Program-made: the position numbers and the translations under genes
Shown: piece by piece, positions 47,913-61,815 of the stretch
Layout of the letters: each line of letters begins with the position of its first letter
How positions within the stretch are numbered: the first letter of the stretch is position 1
Source of the DNA: Calcarisporiella thermophila CBS 279.70
Lineage: Eukaryota; Fungi; Calcarisporiellomycota
Direction: 5' to 3'
DNA length: 64,000 bases
Assembly (NCBI RefSeq): GCF_041956535.1
Contig: NW_027192218.1
Coordinates: 263,728 to 327,727, forward strand
Notes under the pieces: generated by a model
Told to the model about the DNA's origin: nothing
The model's database searches: none
Seen by the model: only the letters and a program-made list of their open reading frames with translations

Positions 47913-50900
47913 ATGCATGACTACGTCGTGTACGCTCCTCCCTCCGATCTCGCCGACATTGACACCGATTTCTTCAGGCAGTGGGATCTCGATCGCGTGC
48001 TCAGCTGGCTGAATGACCATGGATTCGAGCAGTACTGCTCCACGTTTCGAAGTACTTCATCCTTTGCTTTGTCAGGCTGCGGCCTGGCCCCTCATCCCTT
48101 GCTCACCGCCTCTCTTTGTTTAGACCACAGGGTCCAGGGCAAGGAATTCTTCGGCCTCACCCAGACACAGCTGCGCGAGCTGCTGCCAAAGTCCCACTAC
48201 AGCGAGCGGCAAAAACTGCTGAGCGCTATCCGCACCATGATCGATATACCAGCATCACCCAAATCCAGCACATCACTAGAACAGGTATTGTCTTAGCCTC
48301 TTGATGGTGTCGCATTCCCTCACCCCCCTCTCCTCTGCCCATCCGCTCATCCCGCAATGATTGCGTTTTTTTTTTCATCAATTTTTTTTTCTGTTAGCAT
48401 CCGGCATCGTGCGACTTAAAGCCAGTCAATAGCTCATCAGAAATCACACCCCCTCTGTCATCCAGTTCCGATTTACTTAGACAACCACGAAGTAATCCGA
48501 CGGATCCTGCCAACCGTCCTCTCGACGGCGCCTACCGGTCCTCGCCCAATAGCGGCCGCCCTTCCCCAATGCCTACCCCGCCTGAATCGTCCGGAGGCAG
48601 CAGCCTGCAGCAGCCTCCCACCACCTCAACCGCCGCAAATGGTCTCTCGCCGCCTGTCATCGCCCCGCGCACCTCTTCTCGTGACTACACGACCAAGATA
48701 AGCGCCAATTCCGCCTATTCGCCCTCTCCTACGATCCAGGGCTTTGCTACCACGGGTGCTATGGCCAGCGCACTGCCGGCCACGGCCCCCCCCATGCAGA
48801 CGCTCCCCTCGTCGTTTAGTCAGAAGAGAGAAAATATTCCCGCTGCTCTGCAGACCCAGCTGATGCGCAGCATCACTCCCGTGGGCGGGAATGCCGCAGC
48901 GGTGGTGTCGGCGGAGGATCAGAGACAAGCCAGCCCGCGGTCTCCAAAGAACTCTCCATCGGAAATTGTGGGAAAATTGCTGCGTCCTTTTCACCGGAGA
49001 ACCCCAAGTAGTCCGGTAAGTGTACATAATGATTCGATGACCGCCCCCCCTTCCCTCCTCGAGCTGGGTATTTACGCTGGCTTATTTCTCTTGATAGAAA
49101 TCCTCGGAATTCCTACGTGTAATGCCCCCTCTACTGCGCGAGTGGATTTCTCCCGGATTTGCTTACTGACTTTGATGTTTCTTTTTGTCTGTAGAAAAAC
49201 GTGATTCGGGTGACCATGGATAAGGAGCTCTACATCGAGCTCGATGTGACGGGCATGGACAATCCGCATGCCATTCGTGATAAGATTCGCGAGAAGCTGT
49301 CGACACGAATACCGATGCCCAAGAACGTGTCAAACGCCTCCCTCTATTTAATCGACAACTACACCTCGGGTGGGTCCTCTGCATTCCCCATTGTCTTCGG
49401 ATCCGTGGCTAATTACCTATTATTCCATGGGCCTCTTTTTTTCAGATGCAATCCTACTCTCAGATCCTGAATTGATCCGATTATGCAAGTCTGCTGACCC
49501 TAATGCGACCCTAAGGCTGCTTTTTATGCATGAGGAGCCGCCGCCCCCTCCACCCAAATCAGAGCAGGCGCTTCCCCCCACCCCTAATAATCCCGATCGG
49601 CGATCAACCGCAGAGAAGCGATACTCAGGTATGGCGCGAAGTCGGCGCGATTGATTCACCCATGCTTACCATTTTTTTTTTCAATCTTCCACCCCATCAG
49701 AGGAGTCACCCTCCTCCTACCGATCGCCGATTAGTTCGACCGGTTTTGCACACTCGGACCAGAAGAAATCCCCGACGGCTGTAGGCCGTGACCACGCTGG
49801 ATCGTTCCCGACTGGCTCTGGGCAGAATGGGCCACCGCCAAGAAGCACCCATACTCCTGCTCCTCCCCTTGCCGCCCCCGCTCCCCCACCCCTCTCCTCC
49901 CTTGCCCATCACCAGGCACGTGCCAACCAGGATGCAGTCCGGCATATTCCCACCTCACAGCCGATTCCACCTGGCCAAGCCCCCATGAAGCAAAACCACT
50001 TCATCCCGCCGAACCGACAGCCCCTGCCGCACGCCCGCCAAGCCTCCGGCGACATGCACCACGCGAGACAGCCTTCGCCCGGCCATCAAGTCGTCTCTCC
50101 CCAGCTCCCCTCCCCCATCCGGACCGCTCAAACCTCGCCCCCCTCCAACCGTGACGCGCACCCCCCCCTAAATGGATACCCGCCTGAGCACGGTGCAAAC
50201 CGGTTGGCCCCCAGCCCTTATCCTCCCCAAACGCAACCCCTCCCGGGAGCGATGCAGAGCTCTGCGGGGATGCGAAACCCGCCCCTGAACATGTCGCACC
50301 GAAACTTCTCCTCGTCGTTTGGAACGCCCCACTTCTCCAGCCCCGAAGCCGAGGCAATGGCCCAATACCATCGCACGGTGGCGGTGCGGCCGTCCACGGC
50401 CGAGTTCGATGAACGCGCACGGGGCTGGCCTGGGGCACGGCAAGGCGGAGGTCCCAACGGGGGGATGCCGCGCCCGGGGGGCTATCCATCCGATAGAAAC
50501 TACTTGGCTTCGCGGCCTGGCATCCGCCCTCCGCCCATCACCGCACCCCCAGCGTCGATGCGCGCGAGCCCGGCTCCCTCCAATCCCTATAGTGCCCCGA
50601 TGGTTCCCGCGGTGAGAGACGATGTCCGGCGGATGTTCCCGCCACCCCTGAAGCCCCAGGCACGACAGCTGGTGCGGCCGCCCGTATTAAATAAGGAGCA
50701 TGGTCGCTACGAGATCACGCCGACGACGGTGCACCAGGACTCCATGCCGCGTCACGCGGGCGGCGGAAACGCACCCTATCTCCCGCCCCAAGACGGAGCG
50801 GGTGGATTTGGGCGGATGAAACGCAGCAGCGGCGAATTCGTGCCCGACATGCACGGGGCCTCCCACCACCCACCCCGGTCCCCGCAACTCTCGGCCCACC

Positions 50901-53033
50901 CCCCCCACCACTCTCCGTACCCAACCTCCGGCACGCCCCAGCCCTCCGGCTATGGCCACATCCGACACCTAAGCCACGACCACCTGCCGCGCACCCGAAG
51001 CAGCTGGGAGCCCGGCGTGGGGAAACAGCACGCCGACGCCTCCAGCAACACAAGTGCACACCGGCATTCGCATGACAACATGGAGTCGGTGCGGCCGTCG
51101 AGACCCCCGGACCAAAGGAGATCGTACGAGCAGCTGGAGTACTGGCAGAATCCGGGGACGCTCCCCCCTCCGCCGCCGCCATCCCTATCGAAGGAGGGGC
51201 CCTCGGCGGGAATCAGGGGGAGCGGGGGTGAGCGCGTCTCTTGGGAGCTCGGCGGCTCGGGAGCCAACGGCGGCGGCCCTTCCAGGGGTCTGGAGTGGGA
51301 CAAGACCGAGGTTCAGGACTATGAGCTCCCCTCGAATCGGTCGCCCGTTGGAGCCATGGCCTCCAGCAAGCAAACGCCGCCTCCCCCCCCGCCCCCACCC
51401 TCCCTGCCCCCCATGACCACGGCTCGCCGGAATGGGTCGGAGCTGATGGAGAATCCGTCGGGCGCCGGGGGCACGGATGAGCCCGAGTTCTGGGGCGAGC
51501 GTCCCCCCACCGAGCTGGTCTACGACAACTTGGACCGCTACTTCCGCGACCACGACCTCGACCGGCCGATCATCGCCGACCCGGTGGTGCCGGACAAGAA
51601 GTCCGGGATCCAATATCGCAAGTCGATCCGGTATGTGGCGAACGAGGCACGCCGGAAAATGTCCATCCACCAGACCCCCGCGGCGGACCAGCAGCGGCAG
51701 CCACCGTCGGAGCAGAATAAGGCCGAGGCGCCGAAATCGGCGGGGCAGATTCTCCGGAGGAAGAGCACGAAGATGTGGGGCGCCAAGGTGGCGGAGGTGA
51801 AGCCGCTTCCGCCGCCCCCGCCCACGATTTCGGAGTCGGCGGGTGCGGAGGTGTCTCCCGGGGCGCCTCCGCAAGACCTGGGGCCGGCGGTGATCAGCGT
51901 GCCCGCGGGGGGGGTTGGCGAGGAGCAGACGCCGCCCAAAATCCACTGGGTCAAGGGTGAGCTGATCGGAAAGGGGTCGTTTGGACGCGTGTTCATGGCC
52001 CTCAACGTCTCCACGGGGGAGATGATTGCCGTCAAGCAGGTGGAGCTCCCCACCACCAAGTCGGACATGCTCTGCCAGCGCCAGCGCAGCATGGTGGATG
52101 CCCTCTACTCGGAGATCGAGATGCTCAAGGACCTCGACCACGAGAACATCGTGCAGTACCTTGGGTTCGAGGTCACGGAGACCGAGATCAACCTGTTCCT
52201 GGAGTACGTGCCCGGTGGCAGCGTCCAGAGCTGCTTGGCCCGCTTCGGGCCGTTCGACGAGCCGCTCATTCGCCACATGACGCGGCAGATCCTCCAGGGC
52301 CTGTCGTATCTGCACGAGCGCAACCTCCTGCACCGCGACATCAAGGCCGCCAACATCCTGGTCGACGACGAGGGCACGTGCAAGATCTCCGACTTCGGCC
52401 TCTCGAAGAAGAATGACCGAGCCGCGTACGAGCAGAACTCGAGGATGTCGCTGCAGGGCTCCGTGTACTGGATGGCGCCCGAGGTGGTGAAGGAGGAGGC
52501 CTACTCCGCCAAGGTCGACGTCTGGAGCCTGGGCTGCCTATTGTTGGAGATGGTGACGGGCGAGCGGCCGTGGATGGGGCTGCAGGAGTGGAGCGCCCTC
52601 TACCAGCTCGGCCAATACAAGGCCCCGCCTATTCCGGGGACGGGAGTGTCGGAGGAACTGCGGGATTTCCTGGAGCAATGCTTTATCATGTGAGTATCTG
52701 AAGCACTGCCCCCTCGAGGGCTCACTCTAGCTTACATTGACCACCCTTGTCTTTTTCCTACCTCCCAGTGACCCCAAGGAGCGGCCCAAGGCATCCGAAC
52801 TCCTCGACCATCCCTTCTGTGCCCCCGATCCGGATTTCGACTTCCGCGAGCACATGTATCTGTGGCAGACACAGCAAACGCTACAGCGGTTGCTTAAACA
52901 GCAAATCGAAGAGGCCAAGGACAATGAGGCCAAGGACAGGCTCGACCAGGAGAAGGAAAGGGAGAAAGATATGCGCGAGAGTGGGTATGGAGAGAGTATG
53001 TTCTCAAAGTGTCGGCCAAGCGTTATTATATGA
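47913..53033 (+). CDS. BCK1: Cell-wall-integrity MAP kinase kinase kinase (BCK1/Mkh1) with N-terminal SAM-like domain
   Basis: SAM-like WDLDRVLSWL; BCK1 hallmarks RPPTELVYDNLDRYFRDHDLDRPI and RRKSTKMWG; kinase motifs WVKGELIGKGSFG, HRDIKAANIL, DFG and GSVYWMAPE. Confidence 0.9.
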
Positions 53034-53906
53034 TGACGAGCGAGGAAAAAAACATAGGTCAAGGTGCCGATGGTTCTTTCTGTTCGTATGTTCTTTTTTG
53101 TGCTTTTTTCTTTATTATGCTATTCGGTTCGTCCTCTACATCCTCGGTGTATATGGATATATGGGCATGCGATCAAGATCCATAGGTCTATATATGCTTT
53201 TATTAATCCGCTTTATTTTTTTTTTCCTTGGATGAGGGTATTAAAAGGTTTTCTTCTTTCTTATTATTATTTCTTTTTATTTTATGTATATATATTAACA
53301 TCTCATTTTTTTTCAGTTTTTTTTTTACATAATCATTTTCCTTCTTAATAATTATGGATTTTCTCTTCTTTTCCTTTTAACCAGTACAAATAAAAATAAC
53401 AGCATTTCATTACGATGGGGCCCCCCTTAGCTATGAAATACGACTTCTTTCCTCAGCCTGGAGGGGGTGTCATTGGATGGTTTGTGGAGAGCGAACGAAA
53501 TGCTGGGAGAATTAACAAGAGTGGGGAAAAAAACGCGTCACTGTCGAGTTAGGTATTGTGGCATTGCACAGGGGGTATGAGCTCCCAAGAACTAGGCTAT
53601 AGCCGGCAAATTTCTATAATCGGCAAATTTGACACTAAGGAAAGGGATGGGGCCATGGCCGAGAATTTGGTGCGGAGCGACGCGGTCGGCAGAAGGCCAA
53701 AGGCGGGGTTTCTGATTGATTTGAAGATCAGAGCTCTTTTTTTTAACCGGCATACCTTTGCAAACACTCGTGTTCTGTGGCATAGTCGGATTGTTATTTA
53801 TTTTTCCCTGCTCCCTTGACGAATACACTCCTCTTTTAGTTTTTGTGCTTTGGGATCGTTAACTCGAATCGACACCGCCCCATCTTATTGCTGGCTTTGC
53901 AAGATA

Positions 53907-54275
53907 ATGAAGGTTGATAACCTACTCACCGTCGCCTGGTCTGCCGGGCTGCTCCTTTTCGCGTCCACCCACACCCATGCCTCCCCGGTCTTAGAGCAGC
54001 GTGATCTCGGGTTTGGCAACCTGACCGCCGGTGGAAACCAATACATTGCCGAGTCGAATATCAACAACTCCAATCTCTCCGGCGACTTTGCGGGCGCCAT
54101 CATCCAGGGAAACACGCAGTGGATCCGAGAGTATGAGGAGAGAAAGAAGGCCAACCAACAAGGGCAGAAGCTGCCGATGAACGAATTGCCGGGGCTAATC
54201 AAGCGGCCGCTGACCATGCTTCCGAATCGGTCTCAACACCGCGGCCAACGCAAGCTTCCACACCAAGGACAGTAG
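53907..54275 (+). CDS. Small secreted protein (122 aa) with Asn/Gly-rich N-terminal segment
   Basis: Signal peptide ending THA-SPVLEQR, then DLGFGNLTAGGNQYIAESNINNSNLSGDFAGAIIQGN; intronless. Confidence 0.7.
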   Translation: MKVDNLLTVAWSAGLLLFASTHTHASPVLEQRDLGFGNLTAGGNQYIAESNINNSNLSGDFAGAIIQGNTQWIREYEERKKANQQGQKLPMNELPGLIKRPLTMLPNRSQHRGQRKLPHQGQ

Positions 54276-54771
54276 GCGGGTGGGGTAGGCAATGGGGAAG
54301 AGGAAGAGAGAAGGAGCGATGTTATCCATGGATACTTGTCATGTTATCTTTTTAACGAGAGCTGATTAAATTATCGCATTATTTATTTTCATTTCTATGA
54401 TCGGAAAATGACAAGCTATGGTTTGATTAGCCTAAAATACAACACGAGGGGATCAAGCAAAACTAAATTAAAGGGCGCCGCTTAAACTTGAAGGGCTAAT
54501 AAAGCCACACCCGTATGATTGAAGAGGGGAGAATAGAGTAGTATCGAAGGATTGGAAGGAGCGGAGGGAGGTAGGATGTAAAAGGAGAGCATAACATACC
54601 ATACATACATAAAGGAATGGAAAATGGGGGGTCTAAACTCAAAGGAATGGCAGGGGAACAAAGGGAAGGAGAAGGCGGGAGGAAGAGGGGGAGAGTCGGA
54701 GATAGAGAAAATAGGGAGAGGGGCGGTTCTCAGAAGAATAAGCCAAAGGAGTGTAACAGGTAGGCTGCTAA

Positions 54772-57030
54772 TCAAACATTTTCTTCCTCATTTGTCCTTG
54801 GCTCGCTCCATTTCCAGCTGCCTATCCATCGGTCTAAACGCTTTACAATGGCGCCGGATGACCTCAGAATTCCGTCCGCGACAGGGTCTATCATCTTTCT
54901 TGTTTCGTGCATCAGAGAAAAGTAGCTTGTGCCGGGGATGACGGTGAGAGCAGCTGCCCGAGGATGTGGGGACGAAGGAGGCTGGCTTGTTAGAGCAATA
55001 AGCTGGCTATTCCGCTCGACCGCGGCCACGTATCCGGCCTGAATTTCATTTCCTGTCATGCGGAGGTGGCCGATCTCCAGGAGGAGATCCACCACAAGTT
55101 TGACGACCAGTTTGCTTAAATCGGTCGCATCGCCACACGCGTCTGCCTCCTTCCTATTCGTGGGACAAGGCTCCTCGTCGGTTGAATCGCTCTTATCGTT
55201 CAGCCTATGTAGGCCTTGGACCTGCTGCATGACCTCGGCAATGATTCGGTTGCTCACGTGCACGATCGCCTCCATTTCGAATGGCCTGCGTAATCCCCTA
55301 TTCACCATTCTGATATCAGAAGCCTTCAGCTGCTGTAATAGCTTTGCGCCTTCGTCGCAGACTTGTGTGATCGTGTTATGCCACTGGTCCTCATGAGTCG
55401 AACGCTCTGCAGTCCTCTGTTTCTCGGTGCACTGTAACGCCTCGGTGAGCAATGAGGTTCCCAAGGCCCACTCCTTGGAATCACCCTCTGGCAAAGGAGA
55501 GGGGGGATCGCTAGAGGCACTGTTTTCGCTGAAGTTGGATTTGCTTGTGGAGGCCGAGAGGCTGGCCTCGAGAGGGGGGCTGAGGGTGGAGGGGTGAAGC
55601 TGATTTAGCTGCGACTGCAGGAGATGATAGTGGTGATGGTGGACGACCACCTTCTGCTTCGAATTGGTGCGACGCCTGGGTTGCTGCACCGGGAAGTTGA
55701 AGAGTCTTTGCTTCACTCGGGGCTTTGACTTCTCCCCTGCCTCACCATCATCAGGATGTGCTTCATTCACGGAAGAACCGAGTGGGAATGATTCGCTCCA
55801 TGGGCTTGAAGGCGAAGGGGTGAGGAGAGCGTCTGGATCGGATCTGGTAAACTCCGATTGGAGAGAGAGGTCCATCTCTGGAAGTGCTCGCTCAGATTGC
55901 GGGGTTTGGCTAGAAGGACGGGTAGGTGTAAACAGAGCGCTGGAGGAGGCGTGCTCTTGGTGAGAGAGCGACTCCGGGGTAGGAGGAAGATTCTTGTTAG
56001 TTGTCGAGCTGAGAGACTCTTCGTGAGCTTTGGACTGCTATTTCCCGAGGTTAAATGTCAGAATATTAATAGAATTAAAATCAAATGGAGGATACCGTGA
56101 TATTTACTCGTAACTTTTCTCGTAATCTCTCATTCATCTCCTTCAGCCACCTCAATTGCTCCATCTGTTCGCCGGACATGCTGGTGTCCTGCTGCTCTTG
56201 CTTCATCGTTTCGTATTCGTTTGCCAGTCCGTCGTATTTCATCTTCAGCTTCTTCCACCTCGCCTGGGTTGCAATCTCGCTTTTCCTCGCGGAAGCCAAT
56301 TCTTCTTCCAACTTCTCCACGCGTACTTTGAAGCTCTCCTCGCGTTCGGTCGCCTGGCGCACGCGAGCCTGTGCCCCACTGAGTCTCTCGATCTCAACTT
56401 GCTGCGCTTCAATATCCTGGAGAAGCTTTTTAACTCGAATTTCTGCGTGCTCAAGGTCCAATACGGTAGCCTTTGCTTCCTGTTCCAAAATTTTGTGAGA
56501 TGTCGTGCGTATGAGCTGGTTAGCCACTGGACAATTCCTTCTATTACCTGTTCGGCTCTGGCCTTGTCTCTCTCTAGCTGATCCTTTTCTTCTCCCAGGG
56601 ACCTTATCCTACCTTCTGCCTGTATTAGCGTAAGGCGGAGCACATCTTTTGCCTCTTTCTAAGAGAAATTAAAGAGTTTGCATTAGATAAAGGGAACGGC
56701 AATACTGCCATTATGATAATAAAGCAAGAGTTCTCACCTGTTCCTGCAGCAGCTCTCTTGTCTTCCTCAGTTCCGTGATGTAGACATCCTGCTGAGATAA
56801 TAAATGTTGTCCAAACTCTATATCAACCATAGCCAAACTAAGCATGCAATGTTTCGTGAAAATGGCCATAGAAAAGAGGGCCAACCTCCTGCAAGCCTAA
56901 GCTTCTCCTCCACTCTCTCGCGGCTACTGCACATCCCGTGGCCACAGCAACAGATGGCTTCCTCGGTTTGGGGAAGGGGGTTCGTTCCTGCGGGATTCAA
57001 TGACTCATCAGTGGACGGGGTAGGGTGCAT
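54772..57030 (-). CDS. Long coiled-coil protein with N-terminal CCCG and CC1-box-like motif, multi-exon
   Basis: ATG 57030; ICCCGHGMC...EEKLRLAG/EFGQHLL after splicing; extensive heptad-rich exons at 56.1-56.8 kb; long last exon. Confidence 0.75.
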
Positions 57031-57867
57031 GTAATGTAACAAGCTCTAGGTAACGTTAAGAGAGAAGGGGAGGAATCAGGATTTTGGGAAGAGGTAAATA
57101 AGTAATGAATACCACAGCAGGGTTTCAGATTTATTATTCTTTTCATTGATCATCTCGGGGGGCGATTACGCTTTTTTTTGGATTTGATCGCTCACTTTTT
57201 TAATTTTCGCCACTTGATTTTTAGAGTGTTTGCGAGCCCGATTTGCCTGATTTTATTCCTATTCCAATATGAAATTCGCACACTATGGGGAAGTCCTAAA
57301 GAAATCGGAATCGACATAGTGTATTCATCCCAAAGATAGAGAGAGACAAAAAAAAAAGATAAATCTGCGCTATATGAACAAGGATATATGGAACTTTTTT
57401 TTAATGTGTTCCGAATCCATTTCAGAGACAATCAAATATAGTATGGAGTTAAGGATGTCAATCTTTTCCATGGTAACATACCATCCAGCTTAATAAAATG
57501 CATTTAAATATTACTGCTATTCTTTAAATCTGTTTTCACTTAGCTATTCCAGATTGTATAATAATATAGGGATTGGGTCAAAACTAGCAAGGTACGCTGA
57601 CCGTGGCAAGGTCCATACTCATTCACCGACTGAATGGTTGGACGCGATTGAGATTGGGACTTTTATTTATACCTCTTGTATTCAAAAGAGATTACACAAA
57701 TCAGCTACACGGTCAAAACTATATTTGAAAATGGGGCGAGTGCAGTCATATTCGCATCCTTCACAGAAACAAAAGCATTTGTTTATAAAATTTAATAGTA
57801 ATGCACAACTACATAGAGGAGATAGAGGGAGAAAAAATGGGGGAGAAAATTGTTCAACTTAATAAAA

Positions 57868-59133
57868 CTATGCTCGCATCTTATCACTCTTGACAGCCAC
57901 TCGCCGCATGGCCCCAGCACCCTTTCGAATCATCGCTACGTCGTCTATTCGTTCATCGTCCTTCAGTGTGTGGCTGTTGTTTGGACCTTGGAACGGTCGG
58001 CGCTTGCTAGTCTTGGGCTCATTTGTTTCCAATCCACGTTTGCGTAGGTTGCGCTTTTGGTGAAGAGAGGCATGTGTTTCGATACTCATGTCTGAATTAA
58101 CAAAAGAAATGTTATGGATGAAAAAAAAAAAAATCCATATAAAAAATTGAATCACCATTGCTGATATCAATGTTATCTTTATCCTCTTTGAGCTTTCTTC
58201 TTCTTTCCTCTATTGCTGCAAGCATTCGCTCTCTCAGGCCTTGCCTCTCCATCTATATTTTTTTTTCCAATTGCATTAGTTACCCAGCTACAATAGAGCT
58301 GACACCTGTAAACCACGCTCACCGTATATTCCTCCTCCGCTCTTGTCGTTTCTGTTTCGTACTGCTTACGCGCGCAAGCAACTTGGTAGTCTCTGAAAAG
58401 CTTTGCTTTCTGAACCATTGCGTTCTGAGAAGCCTGAAGGTCGGCAAGACGCTCAAGGAACTCGGGGTGCGTTCCATCTTCTAGCTCACGCATTTCATTT
58501 TGAAATGCTTGTATGTTATCGCGGTATATTCTGAAAAAGAACACACGATCAGATTAAAAATTAATAGGAAAAGAAACAGCACAGAGAGTTGGAAAAAGCA
58601 AACTCTACATTTCACGATTCTCCAAGAACTCCTGCTCCATCTTAGAGAGACGCTCCGTCACCTCACGCCGCTTCCGATCACGTTTGCTCTCTGGTTCACG
58701 AGCCTCTTCTAAAAGGTAAAAATATATTACAGAGAGGATAAAAAAATCAGCGGTTAGAAATCCAATCTTAGGAGTGAAGTAAGAAATATGATTCACCGTC
58801 ATCCCAACCAGAGGCTCTCCAGTCACCTTCTTCCTCCAGTTCTTCTTCGCCCCTCCGCCACTCCTCATCCGGCACTCTTCGGTGTCGTGACGCAGGAGGC
58901 GTGGCTCTCGATGCCGCCACTGTTAGTGCGCGCGACGGGGTCAATGCAGTTGCCGGCTTTGCGGTGCGTTTACGATGAGACTGCTGCTGCTGCTGGTTTT
59001 GGTGCTGGTCCCACTCCTCCTCGTCGTCCCGGAAATCTTCTTCTTCTTCGCCCATTTCAAGATAATTAATGGGAGCAAGGCCACGATCGGGCCGATCCTT
59101 TTGGATGCGTTTAGAAATGTTTGTCGTAGTCAT
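57868..59133 (-). CDS. SDS3: Sds3/BRMS1-like Sin3-Rpd3L histone deacetylase complex subunit, multi-exon
   Basis: RLSKMEQEFLENRE/IYRD....LEDGTHPEFLERL...KLFRDYQ..EEEY/MERQGLRERML..IEERRRKLKEDK and RNLRKRG. Confidence 0.8.
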
Positions 59134-59268
59134 AAAATGGAAGGGAGGCCTGAATTGTTTAAAGAAGAAACAGTGAAGTAAAAAGAAAATAGTTTTCCAA
59201 GCGATTCAATCTCAGATCTGACATTTCATATAATATAGTTCATTTTGGATTAATTTTTCAGGTGTTCA

Positions 59269-59341
59269 GGTTCCATAGTGTAATTGGTTAGCACCCAGGA
59301 CTCTGAATCCTGTAATCTGAGTTCGAGTCTCAGTGGAACCA
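59269..59341 (+). tRNA. tRNA-Gln (anticodon CTG), intronless
   Basis: GGTTCCA/TGGAACC acceptor stem; CAGGA-CTCTGAA-TCCTG anticodon arm; GTTCGAGTC T-loop; oligo-T terminator just downstream. Confidence 0.96.
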
Positions 59342-60405
59342 AATTCTTTTTTTATTGCATCACCAATATTCTTACTATCTTTTATTAAATTTTGAATGTT
59401 TTATCTTCAGCAAATAACAGATTAATTCTTGCTACTACATATTTTAGAATTGCGATGTATGCCCCTGCCAAAGCTGAAACAAGCCAATGATCGCACCCAC
59501 AATCGCAGTGGAGCAATAAATTCAACCTTTGTTGCCCCGGAGGAATCAAGTGTGGTAGAGGTCTATACTACCAATCTAACTAAATTACCCCTCAATAAAG
59601 ACGCAGCAATAGGGGAAAAAAATGAACAAGGCTATATCATCTCCATTGCTGATTAGGCATGTATCTGTCAATTGCTTGTATTAATAACTTGGAATTTCTG
59701 AATTTTTGAAACAAGAAATGGCTCTAAATAGTTCACTTGTAGTAATAAGGATAGCTCAGAGTCTTTGTGTCCCATATGTTAGCAGCTCTTCGTCTAATGT
59801 TCCATGGAATTGCTAGTTCGTATCAGGATTTTCCCTATTTTCCCATCAGATTTTACCCCCAAAACTCTCTCTAGTATCCAATTAACCTACGTATCTCAAT
59901 TGAGATACAAACCGAAATTGGACTTTTCATCAGATTATTAATCCGGTTAGAGGCTATTGGAGGTTGCTATCGAAAATGCTCGCTATAAACATTATTAATA
60001 TTCATCCTATTCACTTCTCGTATTTAACTAGTGCACATCTTTCAGAACATAATCCCTCCTTGGCACAAGGTAACGAAATTCGCGCTACCATTATAGAGCA
60101 TCTTACAAATTGTATTTGTGACTATTAGTAGTTCTCACGGTTTTTTTGGCCTAGAAATCTTTGTTGACTCAACGGATTCCGATAATCAACAAATGACATT
60201 TTCTATCAGCCCACAAAAATCTGTTTCTCTAGAGCCAACTTGGCTATCACCTTATTTTTGAAAAAAAACGTAAAATCTTCCCCACCTCCTCGTCCCCCTC
60301 TCTGTTCTCTTTCTTTCTCTCCCTCTGAACGAGTTTTATATTGATTGCTGTGCTGCATATTGTGTTTTTCTTTGTGATCGTTTCAATTCTAATTCATAAA
60401 ATCAC

Positions 60406-61616
60406 ATGGCAGCGGATACTGCTGCCACTTCTACCTCGCTGATCCGTACCACTGATCGCCCTACACCAGATTCAGCCTCGCCCACCGTATCACCTTTTGT
60501 CAAAATTGTCTCCGCATGCGGAGGTGCGTTGATCACATCTCTTCTAGGTAAGGGTATTCCTATTGTTTTCGAACTAGGGATTATACTAAAATTTTACCTT
60601 TTATAAGTAACACCACTGGATTTAATAAAAACCCGACTTCAGTCCCAAATCGACACACGGCATAATAGCTTCCTAAAATGCTGTGACACTCATAATCATT
60701 CTGTCTCCTGTAAGCAGAGTAGGCGGAAGCTGTGTGGGCTGTCGGTCGCTAAAATCGAGAGAGGAGGGGAAATGAAAGGGACTTTAGATGGTCTATCTAA
60801 GATTTTGCGCCATGAAGGAGTTAGCTCACTCTGGCGAGGTTTGTCGCCAACCCTGTAAGTCCTATGAATTCCACTTCTTCCTGTGTAAGTGTGTGCTGAT
60901 ATTTACCTCAAACCATCAGAGTCATGTCTGTTCCCTCAACGGTCATATACTTCATTGGATATGATTATCTACGCGATAATGTCCGCCTCCATACCACCTC
61001 ACCCGTTCTGCACGAATATGCGCCTCTACTCTCCGGCGCAACCGCTCGTGCTGCTTCCGCCATCATCATATCTCCCCTCGAGCTCTTCCGCACACGTCTC
61101 CAATCACCTCAAGGTCACCACTTTGGTTTTCGCGGGGTGTTAGGAGGTGTGGTCGCCATGGTTCAGGGAGAGGGCGTGCTCTCACTATGGCGCGGAGTAG
61201 CTGCTACCCTCTGGAGAGATGTTCCCTTCTCGGCACTCTACTGGTATGGTTACGAAAAGACTAAATACCTGCTTGAGCAAAGATGGCGAAGAGAAGGCGA
61301 GACTCGGATGTTCGAGATTGCTTTTTTGTCCGGAGCAATATCCGGGTCTGTGGCCGCGACCTTGACCACACCATTCGATGTGGTCAAGACCCTAAGACAA
61401 GTAGAGCAAAATGGCCAGCTTGATCTTGTGGGCACACCTCAGCGAGTGAGAACCCCACGGCGAACATTCAAGATGATGCAATGGGTAGTTCGAGAGAGAG
61501 GGATTAGAGGGCTGTGGGCGGGATTGGTCCCACGAGTTGCAAAAGTTGCGCCTGCATGTGCAGTGATGATTTCAAGCTATGAGGTTGGGAAGGAGCTGTT
61601 TGGAAGAAACCTGTAG
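60406..61616 (+). CDS. MTM1: Mitochondrial carrier SLC25A39/40 (MTM1), three exons
   Basis: Three PX[DE]XX[KR] motifs (PLDLIKTRLQ, PLELFRTRLQ, PFDVVKT); Cys-containing first loop; RDVPFS; KVAPACAVMISSYE. Confidence 0.9.
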
Positions 61617-61815
61617 AATACGAATACGACTATAGAACCACTAAAATCATGTTTTTTATTGTTATCCTCCTATTTAATACATTTTCAATTCACCCTCTAA
61701 ATAAACAAGGTCAGTTTTTGAAATGACCACTTACGCCTTAGATTGGGTAAAAGAGTGCTAGTGGGTGGAGGAAGTAACCGTTTCGCCTTATCGATGCTCC
61801 TTAGCAGTTTATTAT

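Noticed and set aside
51185-52333. 382-aa antisense ORF and many overlapping ORFs in BCK1
   Set aside because: Shadow ORFs caused by extreme G/C-ending codon use on the kinase strand.
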